A DNA stretch of 64,000 nucleotides, taken from contig JAUSED010000008.1 of the NCBI GenBank assembly GCA_030650425.1, positions 4,554-68,553 on the forward strand, read 5' to 3'. Positions 54,215 to 64,000 of the stretch are shown in pieces. The number at the start of each line of letters is the position of its first letter. Position 1 is the stretch's first letter. The notes below the pieces were generated by a model, which did no database searches, had not been told where the DNA came from, and saw only the letters and a list, made by a program, of their open reading frames with translations. Made by a program: the position numbers and the translations under genes. This stretch comes from Candidatus Omnitrophota bacterium. GTDB lineage: Bacteria; Omnitrophota; Gorgyraeia; Gygaellales; Profunditerraquicolaceae.

Positions 54215-55634
54215 TATTGAACCACAGGAGAAGCGTGTAGCGGTTGTTTCCGATGGACAACTGGAGGAGTTTTACATTGAGCGGCCGCAGGATAGGACTA
54301 TCGTCGGCAATATCTATAAAGGCAAAATTGAGGCGGTTCTGCCTTCTTTGGGCGCGGCCTTTGTGGATATCGGCCTGCCGAAGAAGGGTTTTCTTTATCT
54401 ATCCGAAATAGAGTTTGCTTTTGAGTCGGTGGATGAGCCAAAGGCTCCCAGAGATAAAGAGATTAAGAAGGGGCAGGAGGTGTTGGTGCAAGTGGTTAAG
54501 GAATCATTTGGAACCAAAGGCCCAAGATTATCCACGCATATTGGTTTAGCCGGCAGGTATCTGGTGATTATGCCGCAAGATAGGCAGGTGGGGATATCGC
54601 GCCGGATTGAAGATGACGTTGAAAGAAGAAGGCTGCGTCAGGTATTTAACGAGCTAAAGCTGCCGCAAGACGCCGGGTTTATCGTGCGCACCGCTGCCTG
54701 CGGCAAGTCCAAGCAGGAGCTTGGCCGCGACGCCCAGTTTCTTTATAAGCTTTGGAAGAGGCTGGAGAAGATTGTCGAGCAAAAAAAAGCCCCGAGTTTA
54801 ATTTATGAAGAATATGACCTGACTTTGCGGGCAATCAGGGATTCTTTTACCGAAGACGTCTCTAAGTTAATTGTTGATTCTAAGCCCGAATATTACCGCA
54901 TCCAGAATTTTATGCGCACATTCTTAAATTATCTCTCTAAAAAAGTTGAATTTTACCGGGGGGACGATTTATTTACCGATAAGGATATCGAAAAGCAGAT
55001 CAGCCGGATCAACGAAAGCAAGGTTTACCTGAAGTCCAAGGCCTACTTAGTGATTGAGCCGACCGAAGGCCTGGTGGTCATTGATGTGAATAGCGGAGGT
55101 TTTAAGAAAAAGTTTAATCAGGAAGAGACCGCTTTTAAGGTAAATTGCGAAGCAGCGCAAGAGGTAGCCCGGCAGTTAGTCTTACGCGATTTGGGAGGTA
55201 TAATCGTCATTGATTTTATCGATATGGAGAAGGAGAGCCACCGTCGGGAAATATTTAATCTGTTAAAGAGGGCATTAAGCAGCGACCGGGCTAAATACGA
55301 TATCTTGGGGATATCCAAATTCGGCGTGGTCGAGATGACCCGGGAGCGTATCCATAAAACCGTACAGATGCTTTCTTTTCAAACCTGCCCGTATTGCCAA
55401 GGAAGGGGGAGAGTTAAATCTCCAATGACCATCGCTATTTATGCCTTGAAGGAATTGAAGAGGTTTTTGAAAGGGAAATCCTTAAAACAGGTTAATGTCA
55501 CTCTTTCGCCTTCCGTAATCGGGGAGATACTAAAAAATAAAGAAGACCTAAGGTCGATTGAATATAAATTCAGGACTAAGGTCAATTTTATCTCTAATCC
55601 TACGCTGCATATCGAAGACGTGCATATAGCTTGA
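54192..55634 (+). CDS. rng: Ribonuclease E/G family
   Basis: GNIYKG S1 domain, VIDVNSG and GGIIVIDFIDM. Confidence 0.92.
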   Translation: MSKEILVNIEPQEKRVAVVSDGQLEEFYIERPQDRTIVGNIYKGKIEAVLPSLGAAFVDIGLPKKGFLYLSEIEFAFESVDEPKAPRDKEIKKGQEVLVQVVKESFGTKGPRLSTHIGLAGRYLVIMPQDRQVGISRRIEDDVERRRLRQVFNELKLPQDAGFIVRTAACGKSKQELGRDAQFLYKLWKRLEKIVEQKKAPSLIYEEYDLTLRAIRDSFTEDVSKLIVDSKPEYYRIQNFMRTFLNYLSKKVEFYRGDDLFTDKDIEKQISRINESKVYLKSKAYLVIEPTEGLVVIDVNSGGFKKKFNQEETAFKVNCEAAQEVARQLVLRDLGGIIVIDFIDMEKESHRREIFNLLKRALSSDRAKYDILGISKFGVVEMTRERIHKTVQMLSFQTCPYCQGRGRVKSPMTIAIYALKELKRFLKGKSLKQVNVTLSPSVIGEILKNKEDLRSIEYKFRTKVNFISNPTLHIEDVHIA

Positions 55635-55659
55635 CCTACCCATTTTCTTATTATATAAT
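55631..55659 (+). promoter_or_regulatory. Sigma70 promoter of rplU
   Basis: TTGACC-17 nt-TATAAT; SD AAGGAG before ATG 55704. Confidence 0.75.
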
Positions 55660-55703
55660 AAACCTCTTAAAAACCTGTTATTTTACTAAAAGGAGAGTCC
55701 AAA

Positions 55704-56021
55704 ATGTATGCTATAATTGAAGTTGGAGCAAAACAGTACAATGTGGCAAAAGATGATATTATCCTTGTGGATAAGCAGTCATTTAAAGATGGGGAGGAAA
55801 TAAGCCTCGATAAAGTGCTTTTAGTCTCTAAAGACAAGAAAGTGGAGGTAGGCCAACCCTACTTAAAGAATGTTAAGGTAAGCGCGGAAGTTCTAGGCCA
55901 AGTTAAGGGCGAGAAGACCACTGCTTTTAAATACCGCCGTCGTAAGTCTTCGCACTGGGAAAAAGGCCACCGGGCTAAATTAACTCAATTAAAGATTAAA
56001 TCTATCGAGATAGGCAGTTAA
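55704..56021 (+). CDS. rplU: 50S ribosomal protein L21
   Basis: MYAIIEVGAKQY...FKYRRRK...GHR. Confidence 0.95.
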   Translation: MYAIIEVGAKQYNVAKDDIILVDKQSFKDGEEISLDKVLLVSKDKKVEVGQPYLKNVKVSAEVLGQVKGEKTTAFKYRRRKSSHWEKGHRAKLTQLKIKSIEIGS

Positions 56022-56033
56022 TTAAAGGGGATT

Positions 56034-56059
56034 CGTCATTCCCGCGTAAGCGGGAATCT
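56034..56059. repeat. CGTC-type palindrome with an ATTCCC-N8-GGGAAT core
   Basis: cgtcattcccgcgtaagcgggaatct. Confidence 0.8.
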
Positions 56060-56075
56060 ACGCTATCGTCGTAAA

Positions 56076-57041
56076 ATGTCCGTTGCGTTTGTTGATCAGG
56101 CAAAGATCTTTGTTAAGGCTGGAGATGGAGGCCCGGGTTGCTCCAGCTTATATCGCGATCAATTTATGCGCTGGGGAAGGCCCGACGGAGGAGACGGCGG
56201 AAAGGGCTCGGATATCATCATCCGCGCGGATAGAAATCTCCACACGCTCCTGGATTTAAAATATAACCAACATTTCCGCGGGGCCAATGGCGGTAGAGGC
56301 GGAAGTAATCATAAAACAGGCAGGGAAGGCGCTCCTTTAGTTATTCGCGTACCGGTTGGCACAACCATTACCGACGCCAAAAGCAGTTGCGTTTTACGCG
56401 ACCTGAACAAGGACGCGGAAGAAGTAGTTGTAGCCAAGGCAGGAGCTGGCGGTAAAGGAAATAATAAACATAACCTGCAGGGTGAACCCGGAGCTCCGGG
56501 CGAAGAAAAAGAATTAATTTTAGATCTTAAGTTGATCGCGGAAGTCGGCGTAGTGGGTTTTCCAAACGTGGGAAAATCTACCTTGATTTCGAATATATCC
56601 AATGCCCAGCCTAAGATCGCGGCCTATCCGTTTACGACTAAATTTCCCATCTTGGGTTTTGTCAGGCGCGGTGAAAAAACATTTGTGGTTGCGGATATCC
56701 CCGGCTTGATTAAAGGCTCGGCAGAAGGGAAAGGTTTAGGGGACAGGTTTTTAAGGCATGTCGAGCGCACCCGGATCCTTATCCATATGGTCGACATATC
56801 GGGTTTTGAGGGAAGAGACCCGCTTCAAGATTACCAAACGATTAATCAGGAATTAAAGAGTTATAGCGCGTTGGTCGGTAGAAAAATTCAAATTATCGCG
56901 GCTAACAAGATGGATTTGGATGGCGCGGAAGTTAATTTAAAAAAGTTTAAGAAAGTGGTAAAGAAAAAGATCTATCCGATATCTGCTTTAAACAAAGAGG
57001 GCTTAGAGGAGTTAATCGATGCAGTCGCGGAAAAATTATAA
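56076..57041 (+). CDS. obgE: GTPase ObgE/CgtA (short C-terminus)
   Basis: Gly-rich Obg fold, GFPNVGKST, YPFTT, DIPG and NKMD. Confidence 0.95.
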   Translation: MSVAFVDQAKIFVKAGDGGPGCSSLYRDQFMRWGRPDGGDGGKGSDIIIRADRNLHTLLDLKYNQHFRGANGGRGGSNHKTGREGAPLVIRVPVGTTITDAKSSCVLRDLNKDAEEVVVAKAGAGGKGNNKHNLQGEPGAPGEEKELILDLKLIAEVGVVGFPNVGKSTLISNISNAQPKIAAYPFTTKFPILGFVRRGEKTFVVADIPGLIKGSAEGKGLGDRFLRHVERTRILIHMVDISGFEGRDPLQDYQTINQELKSYSALVGRKIQIIAANKMDLDGAEVNLKKFKKVVKKKIYPISALNKEGLEELIDAVAEKL

Positions 57042-58083
57042 AAGGATAGTGGTAAAAATAGGTTCCAGTCTTTTTTGCTCTAAAGGGGCTAAGCTGGATA
57101 CTGCTATGCTTAGCAGTATCTCAGCTCAAGTTTCCGGACTGATCAAAGAAGGCAGAGAAATTGTCGTCGTTTCTTCCGGCGCGATCGCCTTAGGTATGTC
57201 AGTCTTAAGGTTGCAAGAACGGCCAAAAGAATTAAGCTTCCTGCAGGCAGCCGCGGCGATCGGCCAGAATGAATTGATGGATGTTTACCGGAAGTTTTTT
57301 AAAGAGATGGGGATTAACTGCGCTCAATTGCTTTTGACTTGGGAAGATTTTTCCGAGCGCAAGCGTTATTTAAATGCCAAGAATACGCTGAATACCCTGC
57401 TTAAGCTAAAGAGCGTACCGGTAATCAATGAGAATGATACTGTTTCTACCGACGAAATTAAGTTTGGGGATAATGACCGGCTTTCTGCCTTAGTTGCCAT
57501 CCTGGTTAGCGCCGATCTTTTGATCATACTTTCTGATGTCGACGGGCTTCTGGATAAAGATAAAAAGTTAATTAAGGTTGTGGATAAGATAACAGCTGGT
57601 ATTAAAGGCTTGGCTTGCCCAACAGAGAAGAAGACCTGTGTGGGCGGAATGATTTCTAAAATAGAAGCTGCCTCCATCGCGGTTAGCTCCGGTATCCCTT
57701 GCGTTATAGCCTCCGGCCATAAGCAAGATATTATTAAATCTGTAGCTGACGATATTTCCAGTAACGGCACTTTATTCCTGGCCAAGGGCCAGATGCTGGA
57801 CGCGAAAGCGCGCTGGATGGCTTTTGGCACTAAATCCAAAGGTAAAATTCTGGTTGATGATGGGGCGAAAAAAGCCTTGCTGAATAAGAAAAGCCTGCTT
57901 TCCGTAGGGATAGTCTCCTGCTCGGGAAATTTTTCCTGCGGTGACATAGTGAGTGTTTGCGATAACAGGGATGTCGAGTTTGCCCGTGGTAAAGCCGGTT
58001 TATCCGTCAAAGAACTGGAAAAAATCCAAGGAACGCGTTTCGCCAAAGAAATCATCCACCGCGATAACATCGTGATATTATAA
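57019..58083 (+). CDS. proB: Glutamate 5-kinase with PUA domain
   Basis: VVKIGSS, INENDTV and FGDNDRLSALVA. Confidence 0.95.
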   Translation: MQSRKNYKRIVVKIGSSLFCSKGAKLDTAMLSSISAQVSGLIKEGREIVVVSSGAIALGMSVLRLQERPKELSFLQAAAAIGQNELMDVYRKFFKEMGINCAQLLLTWEDFSERKRYLNAKNTLNTLLKLKSVPVINENDTVSTDEIKFGDNDRLSALVAILVSADLLIILSDVDGLLDKDKKLIKVVDKITAGIKGLACPTEKKTCVGGMISKIEAASIAVSSGIPCVIASGHKQDIIKSVADDISSNGTLFLAKGQMLDAKARWMAFGTKSKGKILVDDGAKKALLNKKSLLSVGIVSCSGNFSCGDIVSVCDNRDVEFARGKAGLSVKELEKIQGTRFAKEIIHRDNIVIL

Positions 58084-58086
58084 ACT

Positions 58087-59346
58087 ATGGATCTAAAAAA
58101 AGAAATTACCCAGATTGCTAAAAAGGCGAAGGCCGCCTGCGGAATCCTGGCTAACTTAGAGACCTCCGAAAAGAATAGAATCTTGGAAGAAATGGCTCGG
58201 AATTTGGAGAGTAAAAAAGAGCAGATTTTGAAGGCGAATAAAAAGGATATCGCCGCTGGCCGCCGCGCCAAGCTTTCCAGCGCTTTCATTGATCGGCTCA
58301 CGCTTAACGATCAGCGGATAGATGATATGGCTGCCTGCCTGTTGGATGTGGCAAAATTAGCTGATCCCGTAGGGAAAGAGATTAAATCTTGGCAGGTTCC
58401 TTCGGGATTAAAAATTCATAAGCTGCGCGTTCCTATAGGTGTAATCGCGATTATTTACGAGTCACGGCCGAACGTTACCTCGGATTGTATCGGTCTTACT
58501 TTTAAATCCGGAAATAGCGTAATCTTAAGGGGCGGAAGCGAGGCCCTAAATTCCAATATCGCGATTTTTGAGGCGATTAATGAGGTGATCAAGAAGAATA
58601 ATTTGCCCGAAGGCGCCATCAATATTATTGCTACCAAAGAGAGGCGCGCAGTCGATGTTTTGCTTAAATTAAATGACTATATTGACCTGGTTATTCCCCG
58701 CGGAGGAGAAGGCTTGATTAAGAAAGTTGTTTCCCTCTCTCGTATTCCGGTGATTAAGCATTATAAGGGGATTTGCCATATCTATGTCGATGATTACGTG
58801 GATTTGAATATGGCGGAAAAAATTTGTTTTAATGCTAAAGTCCAGCGTCCGGGGGTCTGTAATGCCATGGAGAGCATGTTGGTGCATCGCGATGTGGCGG
58901 CCCGCTTTTTACCCGGGATGCTTAAGAAATTTAAAGCGGCTCAAGTGGAAATTCGCGGTTGCCCGCTTACGCAAAGAATCGGAAAAAAGGGAATAATTAA
59001 AGCGAAGGATTCAGATTACCGCACCGAATACGCGGATTTGATTCTAGCGGTGAAAGTCGTGGATAGTCTTGATCAGGCGATTGCTCACATAAATGAATAC
59101 GGTTCGCATCACTCGGATAGTATCGTTACCGATGACCAAAATAATGCTAAAGAATTCCTCAAAAGGATAGATTCTGCCTGTGTCTATGTGAATGCCTCGA
59201 CGCGTTTTACCGACGGAAATCAATTCGGTATGGGCGCCGAGATTGGTATTTCCACGGATAAGCTGCACGCGCGCGGGCCAATGGGGCTAGAGGAATTGAC
59301 CAGTTATAAATACGTAGTTTGGGGGAATGGCCAGATAAGAGAATGA
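58087..59346 (+). CDS. proA: Gamma-glutamyl phosphate reductase
   Basis: YESRPNVT, GVCNAME and HARGPMGL. Confidence 0.96.
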   Translation: MDLKKEITQIAKKAKAACGILANLETSEKNRILEEMARNLESKKEQILKANKKDIAAGRRAKLSSAFIDRLTLNDQRIDDMAACLLDVAKLADPVGKEIKSWQVPSGLKIHKLRVPIGVIAIIYESRPNVTSDCIGLTFKSGNSVILRGGSEALNSNIAIFEAINEVIKKNNLPEGAINIIATKERRAVDVLLKLNDYIDLVIPRGGEGLIKKVVSLSRIPVIKHYKGICHIYVDDYVDLNMAEKICFNAKVQRPGVCNAMESMLVHRDVAARFLPGMLKKFKAAQVEIRGCPLTQRIGKKGIIKAKDSDYRTEYADLILAVKVVDSLDQAIAHINEYGSHHSDSIVTDDQNNAKEFLKRIDSACVYVNASTRFTDGNQFGMGAEIGISTDKLHARGPMGLEELTSYKYVVWGNGQIRE

Positions 59347-59909
59347 AAATAGGCATATTAGGCGGCACATTTAATCCTGTTCACATCGGGCATTTAATTT
59401 TGGCTGAAGAGGCGAGGGAGAAACTGGGTTTAGAGAAGATATTTTTTGTTCCGGCCAACCTGCCTCCGCATAAAGAAAACGGTGATATAGCCGCGGCAAG
59501 CCTGCGCCTAAAAATGCTCAAACTTGCGGTTAAAGGAAATAAATATTTTAACGTATCTGATGCGGAGGTAAAAAGGCAGGGCCGTTCTTATACCATAGAT
59601 ACAATAAAAGAATTTAAGGATAAGTATCTTCAGGATGAACTCTATTTCATTATCGGTTCAGATTTACTTAAATATCTGGAGGAATGGAAGGACTTGGCTG
59701 AAATAAACAAGATGGTTAAATTTATTGCCGCCACCCGTCCGGGATATCCCCTGGAAAAAATTCCATCTTATATCCAGACTTTGGGGATCAGGGCGGTGGA
59801 TATTTCGGGGTTTGAGGTGCGCCGGTGCATCAAAGAGGATAAATCATTCCGTTATTTGGTCCCGGAAGCGGTTTTTAATTTTATCAACACAAAAGGGCTG
59901 TATAAATGA
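59343..59909 (+). CDS. nadD: Nicotinate-nucleotide adenylyltransferase
   Basis: GGTFNPVHIGH, PPHK, SYTIDT and FIIGSD. Confidence 0.93.
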   Translation: MKIGILGGTFNPVHIGHLILAEEAREKLGLEKIFFVPANLPPHKENGDIAAASLRLKMLKLAVKGNKYFNVSDAEVKRQGRSYTIDTIKEFKDKYLQDELYFIIGSDLLKYLEEWKDLAEINKMVKFIAATRPGYPLEKIPSYIQTLGIRAVDISGFEVRRCIKEDKSFRYLVPEAVFNFINTKGLYK

Positions 59910-60553
59910 GTATAAAAGTTGCTCCATCATTGTTATCCGCGGATTTTAGCTGCCTTGCCCAAGAGATAAAAAAAGTCGAGAGGGCTGGGGCGGATATGCT
60001 GCATATCGATATTATGGACGGTCATTTTGTCCCGAATTTAACTATCGGCCCGGTAGTAGTAAAATATATCCGTAAGTGCACTAAGCTGCCTTTAGATGTG
60101 CATTTGATGATTGAGAACCCTCAAGAATTTGTCGACGCATTTGTTAATGCCGGCAGTGATATGCTTACCGCGCACATTGAAACGATTCCCGGATCCAAGC
60201 TCCAAGCCTTAAGTTCCAAGCTTAAGCGTAAGGGGATAAAATTCGGTATCTCGCTTAATCCGGGAACGCCGATAGCTAAAATTAAGCCGGCATTAAAATA
60301 TGCCGATTTTATTCTGGTGATGTCGGTTAACCCGGGTTTTAGCGGGCAAAATTTTATTCCGGGAGCAATCACTAAAATAAAAGAACTGTCTGCTATTTAT
60401 AAAGGGGATATTGCCGTGGATGGCGGGATAAATAATTTAACCGCCAAAGGCGTTATCGCGGCAGGCGCGAATATTTTGGCCGCGGGTTCCTACATCTTTG
60501 GCGCGAAAAATACAAGAGAGGCTATAGAAAGGATTAGAAATGCAGGGAAATAG
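59906..60553 (+). CDS. rpe: Ribulose-phosphate 3-epimerase
   Basis: APSLLSADF, HIDIMDGHFVPN and MSVNPGF. Confidence 0.95.
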   Translation: MSIKVAPSLLSADFSCLAQEIKKVERAGADMLHIDIMDGHFVPNLTIGPVVVKYIRKCTKLPLDVHLMIENPQEFVDAFVNAGSDMLTAHIETIPGSKLQALSSKLKRKGIKFGISLNPGTPIAKIKPALKYADFILVMSVNPGFSGQNFIPGAITKIKELSAIYKGDIAVDGGINNLTAKGVIAAGANILAAGSYIFGAKNTREAIERIRNAGK

Positions 60554-61925
60554 CGAAATTAAATTCGGGACAGACGGGTGGCGGGCGGTTATCGGCGATA
60601 CTTACAATTTTAATAATTTAAGGATTTTAGCTCAGGCCACGGCTGACTATCTGGGGAAGGGGAAGAAAATTGTCATAGGTTTTGATACGCGTTTTATGTC
60701 GGGAAAATTTGCCGAAGTAGTGGCTGAGGTTCTCAGTAACAATGCCATTAAAGTCATACTCTCCGACAGGCCGGTGCCTACTCCGGCTTTAAGCCTGGCC
60801 GCTAAAAACCTGAAAATGGATTTAGGAATTATGATTACCGCTTCGCATAATCCTGCGGAATATAATGGTTTTAAAATCAAAATGCCATCAGGTGGCGCGG
60901 CTCCGGTAGAGGTGACCAAAGAGATCGAAAAGCTTCTCGATGAAAATCCTCCCGCTCAAAACAGCGAACAAGCTGTTCCATTCGAAAAAATGGATTTGAC
61001 CAAGGATTATGTTAAATTTATCCGATCTTATATTGATTTTAAGAGAATTAAGAATAAAAAATTTAAGGTTTTAGTTGACGCTATGTACGGTTCAGGGGAT
61101 AGTTTCATCGCCCAAATCTTAAAAGGCTCGCAGATTAAGGTGGAATTTATGCGTAATACGATCAATCCTTCTTTTGGCGGAAGAAGGCCGGAGCCGGTGG
61201 AAGATAATCTTGAGGAATTAAAGGCGCGGGTGAAAAAAGAAAAATTTGACCTAGGGATCGCCCTCGACGGAGACGCGGACAGGATTGCCGCGGTTGCTCC
61301 GGGAGGAGTATTTATCCACCCGCAGAAAATTTTGGGGCTTTTAGCCTTACATTTAAATCAGGATAGAGGCTGGTCCGGCGGCCTAGTCAAGACCATTTGC
61401 GGCACGGCGATGATGGATAATATCGCCAAATTCTTAAAGATTAAATTGTATGAGACGCCCGTAGGCTTTAAGTATATTTCTAATCTTATGGAGACACAAG
61501 ACATCGTTGCCGGAGGGGAAGAGGCCGGAGGAATGGGAGTCAAAGGTTATATCCCTGAGCGCGACGGAAGCATGGCCGGCCTTCTGCTGATTGAAATGAT
61601 GAGTTGCCGTAACAAAAATATCCTAAAAATTTTGAACGAAACAGAGAAGCAATTCGGTAAATTCTATTATGTGCGTAGTGACCTGCATTTAGACAAGCGC
61701 GTTGAGCCGAAAAAAGAAAACTTGCCCAAAGAACTGTTGGGGAAAAAGGTGATTGAAGTTAAGGATTATGATGGGCTAAAACTTATTTGCGAAGACCAGT
61801 GGCTGATGTTCCGCGGTTCAGGGACTGAGCCGATTATGCGCATTTACGCCGAAGCCAAGAGCCTTACGCAGGCGAATAAGCTGTTGGATTTGGGAAAAAA
61901 AGTCATTTTAAGAAATGGCGCGTAG
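60540..61925 (+). CDS. Phosphoglucomutase/phosphomannomutase family protein
   Basis: FGTDGWR, TASHNP and DGDADR. Confidence 0.9.
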   Translation: MQGNSEIKFGTDGWRAVIGDTYNFNNLRILAQATADYLGKGKKIVIGFDTRFMSGKFAEVVAEVLSNNAIKVILSDRPVPTPALSLAAKNLKMDLGIMITASHNPAEYNGFKIKMPSGGAAPVEVTKEIEKLLDENPPAQNSEQAVPFEKMDLTKDYVKFIRSYIDFKRIKNKKFKVLVDAMYGSGDSFIAQILKGSQIKVEFMRNTINPSFGGRRPEPVEDNLEELKARVKKEKFDLGIALDGDADRIAAVAPGGVFIHPQKILGLLALHLNQDRGWSGGLVKTICGTAMMDNIAKFLKIKLYETPVGFKYISNLMETQDIVAGGEEAGGMGVKGYIPERDGSMAGLLLIEMMSCRNKNILKILNETEKQFGKFYYVRSDLHLDKRVEPKKENLPKELLGKKVIEVKDYDGLKLICEDQWLMFRGSGTEPIMRIYAEAKSLTQANKLLDLGKKVILRNGA

Positions 61926-62025
61926 GTTAGCTAAGGAAATTCACATAGAAAGGGGGAAGCCTTATCATGAAATTTCGGAAATGATAATGGCTAGTATAAA
62001 GGATTTAGCGAACGAAAATAATTAA
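61915..62025 (+). pseudogene. Possible gene remnant (36-aa ORF), PlsC C-terminus-like
   Basis: MARRLAKEIHIERGKPYHEISEMIMASIKDLANENN; resemblance judged by eye only. Confidence 0.25.
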
Positions 62026-62104
62026 CCATAAAAAATAAAATATAGACACCCGGCCTTATCGGAGCGGCCGGTGTTGTTTCTGTAAACAAAGGAGAATCAC
62101 TAAA

Positions 62105-64000
<1,896 letters not shown>

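Noticed and set aside
57366-58301. 311-aa minus-strand ORF
   Set aside because: Antisense shadow of proB/proA with no recognisable motifs; the other minus-strand ORFs are rejected for the same reason

Overview
A 64-kb bacterial chromosome segment in which every credible gene lies on the + strand. Candidatus Omnitrophota is a tentative guess from gene content. Housekeeping content: leuC(end)-leuD-leuB-asd-truA, rplM-rpsI, argCJBDFGH, lysA-dapF-dapA-dapB-dapL, folK-panC-nadX, glycosyltransferases, uvrA, a TPR protein, tRNA-Ala(CGC), an AmmeMemoRadiSam B-A fusion, rsmE, mtaB, rng, rplU, obgE, proBA, nadD, rpe, a phosphohexomutase, rpsA and the start of tyrS. Two type IV pilus/T2SS-like clusters carry nine pilin-like genes and two secretins. 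The most unusual signal is a dense population (over 30 loci) of short palindromic or repeat elements from several families. They nest inside one another, supply stop codons to four genes, and insert in-frame in coding sequences, including a 153-bp insertion in a signal peptide and a 66-bp insertion in a prepilin leader. Near-identical copies precede pilin genes. A Y1/HUH (RAYT-type) transposase lies directly after the pilin cluster, and its 15-bp inverted ends share the GGGGAC core of these elements. The link between the transposase and the elements is inference.
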